Below, one piece after another: positions 12,514-26,190 of a DNA stretch of 64,000 nt. The DNA lies in the NCBI GenBank assembly GCA_951406725.2, contig OX597826.1:83638001-83702000 (forward strand). Direction: 5' to 3'. The DNA comes from Octopus vulgaris. Its lineage: Eukaryota. The first letter of the stretch is position 1, and each line of letters starts with the position of its first letter. The notes under the pieces are model-generated. The model saw only the letters and a program-made list of their open reading frames with translations. It ran no database searches and was not told the DNA's origin. The position numbers and the translations under genes are program-made.

Positions 12514-13616
12514 GATACAACTAAGAATAATTCATGAATGTTTTTTATCAAATTTAAAAATGCAAACAGAACTAATTAAATGCATTGGCAAATGTTTTAT
12601 GTTCTTAAAAAGAGGATTTTTTGCTCTCCAAGAAAAGAGTTTCCAGATCATTAAAATGGGAATTCAAGTGGACAAAACTGAGCATGTTCGACACCATTTG
12701 CTTTGTGCATTTAATCAAGGTGTTAAGCCCATTGAAGCTGCTCGTGAGGTTTGTACTGCCCACCATTGGTTTTCATGCTTCAAATTGGGAATTTGGACCT
12801 CAAGGATGGATCAAACACTGGTCAACCAATTGAGTTCGATAAAGAACAATTGAAGCAACTTCTTCCCAAAAATCCACGTCAAATGACCAGAGAATGACCA
12901 GAGAATTGGTGAAACAGATGGATTGTGGTAAAAAAAACTGTGGTGAACCACCATCACTCGATGGGCAAGGTTCAGCGTTTGGTTAAAACACACTTCAAGC
13001 AAAAACAACAAAAATCAATGCTCTGCAATCGCCACCAGTTTGCTCACTCGACATCACTCAACACATGAGTGAATATGAAGTAGTGAACAGAATGGCTCAG
13101 CCCTGACTAAAAAGCAACTCTGCAAGCAAAACAAAACACCTTCGTCCTCGAAAGACCGTGTCGCGCGGCAGAACTGGGAAGGCATAATTCATAATGAACT
13201 GCTTGAGTGCAACCAAACACTCAATGTGGCGATCTACATTCAACAACTGAGACTCAATGAAGCAATTCAGCAAAAAACACCAAACAGACAAAATGGCATT
13301 CTTCCGCAAATTGACAACGCCTGTCCTCACATTGCCAATATGACAAAAGCCACGATTCAAGAACTCGAATGAGAAATACTGCCTCATCCTCCATACTCTC
13401 CAGGTTTGGTGCCATCAGATTTTCATCACTTTTGAACACGTTGTGTCGTGTATCGTTCAATAATGATGTGGAATTGAGGACTTGGTTGGATGAATTCTTC
13501 GAGTCAAGACTTGGAGATTTCTATCACCGAGGCAATGGAGAATAAGTTATTAATTGATTTGTTGTTGTTTAAGACAATTTTTTAAAAAACGCTCAGGAAT
13601 TATTCTTCAACCCAAT
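12514..13616 (+). mobile_element. Degenerate mariner DNA transposon
   Basis: N-terminal EHVRHHLLCAFNQG..EAAREVC..WF..FK HTH and PHPPYSPGLVPSDF motif (~13382-13423). TIR AAGAATAATTCATGAATGTTTTTTA (12523) mirrors TAAAAAACGCTCAGGAATTATTCTT (~13583-13607). Confidence 0.9.
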
Positions 13617-13758
13617 TCGTTGCATTTGTTATATTGAAATTCTTCAGATAAATTTCACTTTAAATTATAAAACTTACACTTTTTTCTTTTAGTTATTTAT
13701 ATATTCAGTTATTGAGAGATTTGGTGATGTTTTACTCATGATCAACACACATGTATAT

Positions 13759-13819
<61 letters not shown>

Positions 13820-14151
13820 TATTCTTTTTTTCTTTTATTCATTTCAGTCATTTGACTGTGGCCATGCTAAAGCACCGCTTTTAGTTGAACAAATCAACCC
13901 CAGGACTTATTCTTTGTAAGCCTAGCACTTATTCTATTAGTCTCATTTGCCGAACTGCTAAGTTACTGGGACATAAGCACACCAGCATCGGTTGTCAAGC
14001 GATGTTGGGGGGACAAACAAAGACACACAAACATATACATATACATACATATATATATATATACATTTGCCCAAGGTGCCATGCATGGGACTGAACCCGG
14101 AATCATGTGGTTGATAAGCAAGCTACTTACCACACAGCCACTCCTACGCCT
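13820..14151 (-). mobile_element. SINE family A (internally deleted)
   Basis: Reverse complement of the head and tail of 12016-12508. Confidence 0.9.
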
Positions 14152-14190
14152 ATATATAAAATTAACTCATTGTTGGTATGTATATAAATA

Positions 14191-14221
<31 letters not shown>

Positions 14222-14494
14222 GCACGTGTGTGTGTGTGTACACGTGTGTTGCAACAAATGTTATTGATCTCATGCATCTTCGTTAATTCCACTCTCTGCC
14301 TTACCTTCTTGGCACTTCAGAGGTGGGAGGGGGGATCTAATTATGTTATCAACCAAAAATCCTGATGCCATTTTGGGGTTTAAATATCAGGAAAGGGGTT
14401 AGGGAACAGGAACCAAGTTAAAGAAGTGAATGTGTTTCAATGAGACAAAGAAGCTAATAGAATTACACTCTCAAAGACTGCCATCTTAAGATGT

Positions 14495-14670
14495 GGATGG
14501 TAATGGTGGTGGTGGTGGTGGTGGTGGTGGTGTTACTGGTGTTGCTGTTGTTGTTGTTGTTGTTGTTGGTGGAGATGGTGGTGGAAGTAGTGGAGATGGT
14601 TTTAGTGGTTGTGGTGGTGTTGGTGGTAGTGGTGATGGCAAAGGTAGTGGGGATGGCGGTGGGTGTTGTC
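14495..14670. repeat. (GGT)/(GTT) trinucleotide low-complexity tract
   Basis: Seen directly. Confidence 0.9.
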
Positions 14671-14869
14671 GTATAATGGTTGCCTTAATTGCAGGAGTTG
14701 TTGCGATCCAGTGCATCTGCTGATAAGACAGTGTCAGACTGCAATAAACGCAATTCAGTTCTTATCTTTCAGAGAAAGCCTTATCTGAACACAACCCACC
14801 ACACAAACAGCACCTCGTTCGTGTTTAAACAGATTCATAATATATTTTACTGAGACAATGAGAGGACCT

Positions 14870-15065
14870 TGAAGTGGCCAGTTGGCTTGCTAAAAATAAC
14901 AGCTAAATCTCCCTCAAATTAAACCCTGCTTTCTTAAAAAAGCAGGTGAAAGACACACACGATAATGTAGTTCTAAATACGACTAAATAGATGAGAAGGT
15001 CACAACTGGAATGCCTTTGTTTAACAGACTGTTTGGTCAATACTGACTTGGATCTAAGCAACTCT
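14870..15065 (+). repeat. Unclassified old interspersed repeat (family C)
   Basis: Shares CTAGAAATAGCAG.CAAATCTCCCTCAAAT..GATAATG.AG..GCTGGAATG with copies at about 290, 18720(-), 20470, 20735, 22080(-) and 51960. Confidence 0.7.
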
Positions 15066-15279
15066 TTTTCACGACAACTGTGTACTTATGCATAATGAAT
15101 ATATCAAAGATCAAAGTTCAAAAGTGAAGCAAGATTGAAATCAAAATGGAAATTATAGTTGTGGCCAAAGCCAGTGTCATCTGACTGGCACATGTGCTGA
15201 TGGCACATATAAAGCACAATTCAAGAATGGATCCATGCCAGTGCCACCTGACAGCAGATGTTAACATAAAGCTGATGAT

Positions 15280-15512
15280 CAGGGAAAAAGAGAATGCCTG
15301 TGCCGAAATATTGAGAAATCTGCAGTTACTCTATCTAGATTACAAGTTAGGTTTATACCTGTAATTATTGGGGCCCTGGGATATGTAACACACTGCTTAA
15401 ATACCAATCTTGAGAAATTAAGCTTCTCAAAACCAGAAAGGAGAAAGTTAATACGAAGACTATAGATCCAATCCATCACTGGAATTGTAAAAATCAGTAA
15501 AACTTTCCAGAA
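15280..15512 (+). mobile_element. RLE-type (R2/R4-like) LINE ORF C-terminal fragment
   Basis: EKENACAEILRNLQLLY / RFIPVIIGALGYVT..KLIRRL*IQSITGIVKI. The PVIIGALG motif is shared with the Dong-like copies. Confidence 0.65.
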
Positions 15513-15593
15513 TACAGTTCTATATTTAAGAGATGAAGAATTATGAACATTATTTACATTTGATGGATATTTGTCCTCATCTTGTTTGTTGTT

Positions 15594-15639
15594 AACACAA
15601 CGTTTTGGCTGATATACCTTCCAGCCTTCATCAGGTATC
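15594..15639 (-). ncRNA. Minimal type I hammerhead motif (G12>A)
   Basis: GAUAC CUGAUGA A GGCUG-loop-CAGCC AAAAC GUU GUGUU. Confidence 0.7.
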
Positions 15640-16608
15640 TTGGGGAAATTTCGAACCTGGGTTCTCATTCCTAAGGTATTTTTGGATGTTATTATTATTA
15701 TTATTATTCAGATGAATGCCTGGAATCGAACTTGGAATCTTGTTAGTAGCCCACACTCTTAACCACTACGCCATATGCCCGTGGGCAATTATGGAGTGAA
15801 TTTTAGGGCTTATAAATTTAATATCTTCCTATCCTTCCTTAATACCGGTTTCCCATATGCTGTTCATATCTGCACTTGGTCTGCTTAGGAGGTTGTTGTG
15901 TCTTAGCATATGTGCTGCTTCTTTTAGTTTTCCTATTTTCCAGTGGTGTTCTCTGTCTACTATTTTAACTTCATCCCACAGAGGGAGGTGGTCTCCATTT
16001 TTCCATACAACTACATAAGCAACAACTACCCCAAAAGCATACTCTCCTCTCCAATTATGAAGAAAAGAGAGGATGAAACCAATAAACTGTCCACAGTCTG
16101 TCTACCCTATGTGAAAGGCCTCTCTGAAAAGATACAAAAGACATGTGGCCCATATGACATCAGGACAGTATTCAAGAGTCATACAACACTTTGCAAATAT
16201 CTTCTTTGAGTAAAACAACCAACAGAAGAGAATATGATCAAGAACTGTGTGTACTCCATCCTATGCAGTTGTGGTAGGTTATACAAAGGCAAAACATACT
16301 GTCTCCCTCAAAATAAGGGTAGAGGAACATTGCAAAGCTGTGACATGGGGAGATATTGATAAATCGGGTAAAGCTGATCATGTGTGGAAAAATGGAGATC
16401 ACCTCCCCCTGTAGGATGAAGTTAAAATAGTAGACAGAGAACACCACTGGAAAATAGGAAAACTAAAAGAAGCAGCACATATGCTCGGATACAACAACCT
16501 CCTAAGCAGACCAAGTGCAGATATGAACAGCAGATGGGAACCGGTATTAAGGAAGGATAGGAAGATATTAGATTTATAAGCCCTAAAATTCACTCCATAA
16601 TTGCCCAC

Positions 16609-16676
16609 GGGCATATGGCATAGTGGTTAAGTGCGTGGGCTACGAACCCCAAGATTCCAAGTTCGATTCCAGGCAT
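16609..16676 (+). promoter_or_regulatory. tRNA-like segment with Pol III A/B boxes inside the PLE 3' repeat
   Basis: TGGCATAGTGGTT (A box), anticodon-like loop CT-ACG-AA, GTTCGATTCC (B box). Mirrored at about 15717-15780. Confidence 0.7.
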
Positions 16677-16746
16677 TCATCTGAATAATAATAATAACAT
16701 CAAAAAATGCCTTAGGAATGAGAACCCAGGTTCAAAATTTCTCCAA

Positions 16747-16789
16747 GACACCTAATGAAAGGTGGAGGGTATATCAGCTGAAACGTGTT
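16747..16789 (+). ncRNA. Degenerate hammerhead, twin of 15594-15639
   Basis: GACAC CUAAUGA ..CAGCU GAAAC GUGUU. It keeps GAAAC but has a core mutation and a 3-nt deletion. Confidence 0.55.
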
Positions 16790-17379
16790 AACAAGATGAG
16801 GACAAATATCCGTCAAATATAAATAATGTAAATAATACACTTTTCAGAAGTTTATCATTTAAATATTAATAAACATCTATAAACATAAAACATACAAATC
16901 TGCATATACATACATGCATGGATGCATACATCGCCATACAGAATTTTCAAAATGCATTTATTTATGTTGTAAAAAATAGAGAAATGAAGAGACGAAACAA
17001 GATGGCAGATAACAGAGCAAATTTGGAGTTGGAGTTGATGGAAGGCAAAAGATGGCACGAAGCAAGTTGTACCTGTGGCTTGTTTTTAGTATTTTTAAGA
17101 TGTTCTTCGAAGTTGATTTAATGTATGGCTGCTCACCAAAGCTGGTAATTAGTGATGGAGTTACACTTAGACAGAACTTAAGTGTACATGGATACTTCTT
17201 CATGTGTCACTGTTCACATGTATGTGCAACCATGTGAAAATTGGTCTGTAACTGATTTACTTTCTGTCAGGCATATGTACATATGCACACACACACACAC
17301 ACACACAAATAGTAACATAGATATTTGCTTAAGGGTATGTGTGTGTGTGTCTGTGCATATACCTCTAAGCATATAAATT

Positions 17380-17670
<291 letters not shown>

Positions 17671-19356
17671 ATCTGTGTGCATTTAAACTCATACCTCTCA
17701 TACCTGCTTTTATATTCTTTATTGTTCTTCGTGTAGGAAATATTCCTACACGATGGTGATTATGTTGACGTTGCTACTATTTTGATTGAATTAACTCCCA
17801 GAATTATGCTACAAGAATGTTTATATTCTAAATTATATATTGCTGTGTTTGTTTTGGAAGCCATAAATACCACCAAGATTCTCCATATTTCCCACAGAAC
17901 AAACAAAAGATGCTATGCCTTGCATGCAATATTAATGCAATCTAATGTTCTGTTGTTTCTCAGAAAAACTTGCCTGGTTCTCATTCCACTATTTGTCAAT
18001 CAAGTAAAACAGTCTTTTCACCAATTCCTTGCTTGAGGCAAATTAACATTTTCTATTAGCGTTCAGTATACCTGAAAATAAATTTCTCATTTGCAGGTAG
18101 CTTTAGTTAAGTTTTCTTTGTTAATTAACCTAAATATCTTTCTTTGTGTTTATTTGTTAGGTTCAAATGAAAGTATTAAATGGCATAATTTGCAGAGAAT
18201 TAGATACAAATGCTTTGAAATATTTAGTTCAAATCCTGCCTGCCACCTTGAACAAGTTTCTTCTCTTATAATCAATTCACCAAAGCATTCTGAGGGAAAT
18301 TTAGTTCTTGGAAACTATGTAGAATCCTCCTATTTTGGTAAACATTATCTCTATCACTTAGTTAAGTATTTAGCATTTCGATTATTCTGTCAAAATTAAG
18401 AATTCTTATTTATTCACAAAGTTTCAATGATGCAATTGCTATTCTTAGAATGACATTGTAAGGTAGGTGTAAGAAGCTGGATCTGGCTTCTTTGAACATC
18501 AAACAAGTGGAATATTTAGACTGGATATGGCAAGTTGAAATACTAAAGAGTTAAATGTCACCCCTTGACTCTGAGCTACCTTTAGCAGAGTTCACTTTGT
18601 TACAAGGACTTTTGGCCCTCATAGTAACTTCCAATTATAGAAGTTCTGAGCACTCTTTCAGAAGTCCTTGTCTTCAACTTATCTTATAAATCCTTAATTA
18701 GTTTTTATTTATCCTTATATCAGCCCTGATTAAGTAGACCCGTGAAAAAACACTTTATTAATATGAACCTCCTCTTTTTCAGGCACAGTTTGCGTAATAT
18801 GACATTAAGCAAAAGGGTGTGATTTGAGGGAGATTTGGCTGTTATTTCTAGAATGTTAAGACACCACATGAAGGCTCATTTAGCTGTTTTCATTTAGCCT
18901 CAGCCAAACTTAACTGAACAGAATGCTGACTGAAAGGCCTGACCCCTTGTTTAGTGGAAACTTGCAATAATTGATCTGATGCATCTTCCTCTGTTTTTAT
19001 AAAATGGTAGATCATGATTTGACGGAGATTTTGCTATATTTTTTGGAAGCATTTTGGAAGAAAGGTGGACAAACAATATAGAAAGAGGGGGAAAATCCAG
19101 AGGAGGTAATATCAAGTGTTTAGTTTGGTATGAGACGAATGTTCAATGATGGAATGAAATGTAAAGGAAGTATAACAGACAAGTTTTGATGAGTGAAGTA
19201 TTAAAGGCTTAGAAATGGCTTGATTGGAACTGAAGATTTGGAATGCAAGAATTGGAACTGAAGAATTGGAACTGAAGAATTGGAATGCAAGAATCAGTCC
19301 CTGATTAAATTAATTTTCATTCAACAGGCAAGCATTTACTAATTAACAGTCTACAT

Positions 19357-19592
19357 CAGTGGTTCTCTCCTGGGATTCATATGGTCCTTGAGGGTTCCAT
19401 AAAGTCTTTGAGGGTCCATAGTTCTTGAGGGTCCATATGGTCGTTGAGGGTCCATGTAGTCCTTGATATTCCATATAGTCTTTGAGGGTCCATATAGTCT
19501 TTGAGGGTCCATATAGTCTTTGAGGGTCCACATGGTCCTTGAGGGTCCATATAGTCCTTGAGGGTCCATATTATCCTTGAGGGTTCATATAA
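19357..19592 (+). repeat. 19-bp minisatellite (~11 units) behind a hAT-like terminus
   Basis: GAGGGTCCATATAGTCTTT units preceded by CAGTGGTTCTC. Confidence 0.85.
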
Positions 19593-20117
19593 GATTTTGT
19601 GCAATAAATTGGTCACATTTCTACAATTCACAAATTACTTTAACAATTCTTTTATACAATTCCTAGCAATAATTCATTTAAAAAAGATGTATAATGTCCC
19701 TTTTACCCAATCCTTCTTCCATTGCCCCTGGAACTCTTTATATGTCCTAATATTTACCTTTCACAGGTAAGAATTCATTCAATTAGCTTCACTCAGTTAC
19801 TCTTACCATCAGGTTTTGGACATGATAAACATATGGTGGGCCCTGTCCCTCCTTCACACACTCACATGAAACAGAAAATATAACAAGAAGGGAAATGTTT
19901 AAAAGAAAATCTCAACACTTTTTCTTCGTCTTTACTCAAAATTATGTCAGTCCATCTTCATACCACACCCCACACGCATACATTCCACACATACCCTACA
20001 TACTCCACACATACACACACACACACACACGCGCACACACACAGAACCGATATTACATTCCATAGGTACGCCATTTCACACTCCACTTACAAGTACACGC
20101 ACCTACTGTTATACATT

Positions 20118-20158
<41 letters not shown>

Positions 20159-23100
20159 TGCACGTACACTATCACCACCACCACCACCGCATACCCAGCT
20201 ACTGCTTACAATACAGAGAAACCATATAAAGCACTCACCTGTTCTTAATGCAATTTCTAAACAGGTGAACAGTTTGATGGTAGATGGATTGTCTAGTGGA
20301 GTGAGAGTGGTGAAAGGGGTGGTGAGAGTGTAGAGAGTGCAGAAGGGGAGTTAAGGGAGGAGGAGAAAAGGGGAGATCCTCCTCCTTCTCTGCTTCCTCA
20401 TCATCATAATCATTACCATCATCATCATCATCACTGTTCCCATACTGAGCCATGACACAATTGCTCACTTCCTAGAAATAGCAGCAAAATTACCCGAACT
20501 AAAAAGACAGGATGGCCATGGCTGGAATGTATTGCATCACAAGTTCGCTCAATTAAAGTAAATAGACTTAAGCAGTAACAATAACAACAACAACAACAAT
20601 CTCTCCATTTCTATCCATCATTCTTCCTCAATATTTAAATTTATGTCATTGTTGCTGTTGCTGTTGTTGTTGTCATCGTAATATTTATCCTCATCAGCAT
20701 TACCATCCTCATCTAAGTTGTTAATCGCTTAACCTCCTAGAAATAGCAGTCAAATGTTCCTTAAATCCCACCACACTATCTTTCATAAGGAAGACTGCAT
20801 TAGATAATGCAGTCGTAAATACCTTCTGTGTGAATAAAAGCTGAGATGGCCATGGATGGAGGGCATTTGATTAAAGGTCTGCCTAAGCATGGCTGACCTG
20901 GGGTTAAACAATGACGACCTCTTCTTCATCATTGTCATTGTTATAACTCTTCTGTTATAACTCCACCATTGCCATCACCACCACCACCACCACCGTCCTT
21001 GTGATCATTAATGTCATCGTCGTTGTCGTCGTTGTCATCATCATCACCATCATCATCTTTTACTCACGCAATTATTACCAATAATTAACATTCCAGTCAT
21101 CTTTGTTAACATCATCTTGTTCATTATAATAAACTTCATCATCTTCTCCTCATTAGCTCTCATTACTGCTTCATTCATTATCCTAAGCCCAAAGGTTTCC
21201 TGCTTCCTACCAAAGCAAAAATCTAGCGATGAACACAACCTTCAGTCACACTTCATATGTTGAAGTAATATGTTTTTCATACACACACACATACATACAT
21301 ACATACATATATATGTGTGTGTGTGTGTGTGTGTGTATGTAGGCATATGTATGTGTTTTTACTTGTCAAATATCATGTATTTACCACCCTTTATAAGTTT
21401 GTATTCCAATGTTATACATGTCCAGAGATAAAGGAATCATACATGGTTCACTTTCCAGACATTTGTACATTACTGCATATGCTTTATAGGCATTTTTGAC
21501 AAGTTGTGGTGCACCTGAGCACTGTATACAATAATTTTATTATTATTATTATTTGTAAATTCAATTCTCAACAAGTTTGACTTTGTATTTCCTCATTCCA
21601 GAATTAATGAAGTACCAGTTATATTCTAGGAGCTGAATATAACTGATACTATATTTTATGGATTCCTCTTCAAAATACGTCCCCAATTTCTATATTCCTT
21701 CCCAAAATATGTAGCCCTCTTTCATGCAGCTTCTTATGCAATGTTCTGTTTGCAGTGAGATTATAATCCATCTTAAATTCTTCACAGCAGAATCCTTATC
21801 CACCTGTCAATAAGCATAGAATTGGTTCAGTTCTTCTCTCAACATTTCTTACCTTTTGCAGCAGGACCTTCAAGGGTGAGTGTGGCTTGGTTTAGCTTCC
21901 TCACGACAACACTTTATCTACAGCAGAACTCTCATCTAAAAGCAGGTGTGACTGTATTTGCGAGCCTTATGAAGTTCTTGATCTTAAACAAGACAATCAT
22001 CCACTGAAGGGTGAATCTAAGAAGAGAAAAAATCAAGAAATCCTGTCTTGCTTCTGTTCTTTGAGCTGTTGCTGTTTAGATCCAGCCCTCCCCCATGTTG
22101 GCCCTAGCCAAGCAGACCAAGGACCAAACATAATTAAACTATGGCCATTTGCCTTTTATTCAAGAATAGTCTGTCATGGATTATATTCACCAATGGGATC
22201 TTCCTTTTTTAAGATGGTAATGTGTAGTTGAAGGGAGAGTTAGGGTGCTATTTCTTGCTGGTCAAATGATCACATAGAAACTCTCTTGTTGGTTCACTTT
22301 CTCTGAGTGTCACTAAATGAGGATTAAGTGTTCAAACCCAATGGATTTCAGTCTTTATCACCATCATCATCAGCATCAGCATCAGCTGTCTTCATCATCG
22401 TCATCATCATCACTGTTACTGCCAGATTAAGAACCTATAGAATGACAGCAATGTAATACTGTTAATTAGCAGTGAATATATATAATGAGCACTGGAAACT
22501 CTAATCAGAAATGCAATGAAAAGAGAGCATAATGTCAATGATGAATATTATTCCAACAATTTCTGCAAAGATGGGAGATAACTGCAGGCATGTTTTTGTC
22601 TTATTAAACCTCCTCAGGCCAACGTACACTTCAGTCTACTGTTTGAAATAATAACGAGAGAATCAATGATTAGGATTACAACTCAAGTAGGCATAAGAAA
22701 AGTTTACCAAAAAATTACTGAGGTTAATTACTTTGAGATCCGATCTGCATCAATTAGGAGTACAATTAAGTAGAAGTGAACATTTTTAATTGAGAATATC
22801 AAAATTCTAATTAGAAATACAATCCAGCATGGAAAGGATTTGCTCAATTACTATCATTAATTAACCTAAATGACTGTATTTTAATGTAAACAATTATTTA
22901 GTTTCATTCATCCAAGTTTTGAGTTCAAAGAACTGTTATTAGCACCACCCCCACCACCATCGACCCATCTCTAAAACCAACAGAAACAAATCTAAACCAA
23001 GCAACATCATTACTGGTGCTAACATCACCAACATCATCATCATCATCACCAACACAGCCAATAACCTCACCACCACCTTCATCAATATCATCTTCCCTCC

Positions 23101-23282
23101 CCCCACTTCACCCAGTATCACCTTAATCACCCACCTCACAGGTAACGGTTGTATTTAATCAACCACCCACCAGTTCCGTCACTCAGCTACCCTGCGGCTT
23201 CTCAGCAGATGCCACAGTGGGAAGTCCTCATCAAACTTCACTGAAACATCGCAACAAGGACGACATCAGAAACATTTATAAG

Positions 23283-23363
23283 ATGTGTGTGTGTGTGTGT
23301 GTGCGTGTGTGTATGTGTGTGTGTGCGTGTGTGCCTTTGTGTGTGTGTGTGTGTGCGTGTGTG

Positions 23364-23413
<50 letters not shown>

Positions 23414-23889
23414 TGTACACAAGTGTATGTACATGTGTGAATGCATATGTCTATGTGTGTTTTAGTGACTGAGTATACGTGAGTGTATGTGCTGGCTTGT
23501 ATGCATGTGTGTGTATGTGTGTGTGTGAATGTATGTGTGTGTGCTTGCATGCATGTGTGTTTTGATGTGTGTGCATGTGAGTGTATGTGCATGCATGAAT
23601 GCATACCTGTGGGTGTATGTGCGTGCATGCGTGTGTGTGTGTGCATACATGTGTGTATGTGTGCTTTGGTGTGTTGAACCTGTGTGTTTTGGTGAGTGTG
23701 TGTGTGTGTGCACGTTGGTGTGTTGTTAAAAGTCTTGGAGGAGTAATTCCGTTGATGGCGCATAAATATGGTGGAAGTTGGTCAACCTTGTCTTGCACCA
23801 GGAAACGTATGAGACTAGCACTAACCCAGCCTACAGGGGAATTTAAGATGCGTGTGTGAGTGTGTGCATGTGGAGTGTGTGTGTGTGTG

Positions 23890-23945
<56 letters not shown>

Positions 23946-23952
23946 TGTGTGT
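23283..23952. repeat. Long degenerate (TG)n/(TGCA)n tract
   Basis: Seen directly. Confidence 0.95.
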
Positions 23953-24973
23953 AATTCAAAGAATTCCATTTGACCCTGAAGCATAGAAAAGTTAACATTA
24001 AAACAGCAATGATGTTGATGACGATGTTGACGATGATGATGACGATGACAACGACTATGATGATGACGATGACGATGACAACGACGATGTTGATGATGAT
24101 GACGATGGCTTACATATCAAAGAAACTTCCCATTTGAGTTCTTCAACATAATCAAGAACATCAACAATGAATTGCCGACAGGAGATGAAACGTGAAATGG
24201 TTTGACAAGCAGAATGGAAAGTGTAGAATTCTCCGATATATTTTTTAAGAGGGAAATCAAACAATTTCAACACGTTTTGGCTTTTTAAAAAATAGAGATT
24301 GAATACAATTTATGAAATATTCTAAGCGGAATGAAAATCATAAAAATGGAGGAATTCTTAACCTGAATAAAATAGTAAAGTTGTCACAAGTAATTCTGCT
24401 GGTTTATGGCATGGAAGGAATGGAAGAAGAAATGAGGAACCAGAGAAAAATATAGAGAAAAAGGTAAAGGAGCTGGATGAGAAGTTTGTGGAAAGAAAAG
24501 CCAAAAACAAGAGATTTGCTAAAAGTTCTTTGACAAAAAAGATGAGATTCAGGAGATGTTTCTGTGTTTGAAAAGAAGGGGCCATTTGGTTGCCGTGGTG
24601 ATGCTGAAAGGAATATAGAAATGCTGGTACAAGACGATGCCAGATGAACCTGTGCAATGAAAAAGGGGCCCTTTTTGAACAACAGATATGGGTTGGTGCC
24701 AGGAAATGCATCTGAGCAGGGAGTGTCTGCCATGCTGAAGCCTCATCTGACCCCTACATCAACACAGAAGCACACACATTCTAATTGCGTGTGTGTGTGT
24801 GTGTGTGCATGGCAAAAGGACATCAATAGCTGGAAGTGTCAGTCAATAAAATCAACAATGGACATAAATTTCATATTTAACACTGGTGATATATTATTAG
24901 AGCACTTAATGCTTCTTCAGCTGTTACTCTCAACAATATTAACAACATGACATCAGTGACAAACACACGTGCA

Positions 24974-25009
<36 letters not shown>

Positions 25010-25244
25010 CAGCTATTTCTTCAGCATCATTATCATCATTATCAACATCACATTCACTAAAATACAAACACAGAACACTGGGTTTCTATTTTAAAATCTC
25101 AATTCATGTCAATTTGTTTTGTATTCACAACACAAATTCGCATTTGTATCTAACTTAGAATATCTGTGACTTTGCTTAAATGGGCCTCCGAACACATGGG
25201 CTCATCTAGGGGTGGGGGGAGGCTATTATTGGTAGTCTTGTTGG

Positions 25245-25440
25245 TGCTGGTACCACGTAAAAAAAACTGGTACTGGTTCCATGTAAAGAGTACCCAGCAC
25301 ACTCTGTAAATTGGTTGGCATTAGGAAGGGCCTCCCAGCCATGGAAACCATGTCAAAACCTGATGGGACCTGATGCAACCCTCAGATTTACCAGCTCCTG
25401 TCAAACTGTCCAACTCATGCCAGCATGGAAAACGAACCTG
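25245..25440 (+). mobile_element. RTE-tail SINE/3' end, old copy
   Basis: TGGTTGGCATTAGGAAGGGC..CCAACTCATGCCAGCATGGAAAAC followed by GAT-rich repeats. Confidence 0.75.
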
Positions 25441-25724
25441 AGAAGATAATGGTGATGGTGATGGTGATGATGATGGTGATGATGATGACAACGATGACGA
25501 TGACAACAATGATGATGACGACGATGACAAGAGGAAGGGGGAGGAAAGGGAAAGGGGGATGGACGAGGGGAAGGGGGAGAGGAAGGGGAAGGGGGAGGGG
25601 AGGGGAGGGGAGGTTTCCATGCATGTATGTGTGTGTGTGTGCAAATATGTGTGCGGATGTGCATGTATGTGCATATATGCATGCATGCGTGTGTGTGTGT
25701 GTGTGTGCACGATGAAAGTATTGT

Positions 25725-26190
25725 AGCTGAATGAGAACTGAAGTTCAGGGAGCTACCATTGCTAAGAGCAAAGGTCTTCTTCCTCAGAGTGAAGAGCAGA
25801 CTGTGTTAGATGCTTGTGTTAGAAGTGCAATGCTGCATGGCAGGAAGAGTTGGGCCTTGAAAAGAGAGGACTTAAGGGAACTGGAAAGAAATGAAGTGAG
25901 TATACTCTGTTGGATGTGCAATGTGGGTGTTCATGAAAAACTGTTGGAAGGCATTGAGTGAAGAACTGGTCCTTGGAGGAACGGAGTTATTGCAAGCTAA
26001 AAGGAAGACTGCACTGATATGGACACAGGGGTGAGGGTGGCTGTATAAGGGAGTGTCTGTTGCAAAATATAGCCCAAACTTGCAGAAAAGGGAGACCCAT
26101 GAAGACATGGCAGAGGACAATGGACCAAAACCTCTGGCAATATGAAGTTCTTACCAAAGCTGCCCTTCTCAATGAAACTGAGTTCTGAAA
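25725..26190 (+). mobile_element. RTE LINE C-terminal fragment
   Basis: DACVRSAMLHGRKSWAL..ELERNEVSILCWMCNV. Confidence 0.85.

Larger units (their letters stand above)
15548..16832 (+). mobile_element. Penelope/Poseidon-type element, 5'-truncated, with an inverted copy of its 3' end
   Basis: LPYVKGLSEKI..NCVYSILCSCGRLYKG..EH..SGKADHVW..KLKEA (GIY-YIG, interrupted). 15548-16009 is an inverted copy of about 16381-16832. Confidence 0.9.

Noticed and set aside
14493-14723. Gly-rich ORF with hydrophobic tail
   Set aside because: A GGT/GTT low-complexity tract with no splice or homology support.
16609-16676. Functional tRNA-Arg(ACG) gene
   Set aside because: No proper acceptor stem, the inverted copy has a different anticodon, and it lies inside a transposon.
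19343-19631. Repetitive ORFs (MDPQRLYGPSKTIWTLKDY) and CRISPR-like periodicity
   Set aside because: A head-to-tail 19-bp minisatellite with no unique spacers and no cas genes, in a eukaryotic context.
24120-24600. Possible old RTE remnant (likewise 7700-8400, 17780-18100, 27140-27450, 63400-64000)
   Set aside because: Motif similarity is too faint to call by eye.
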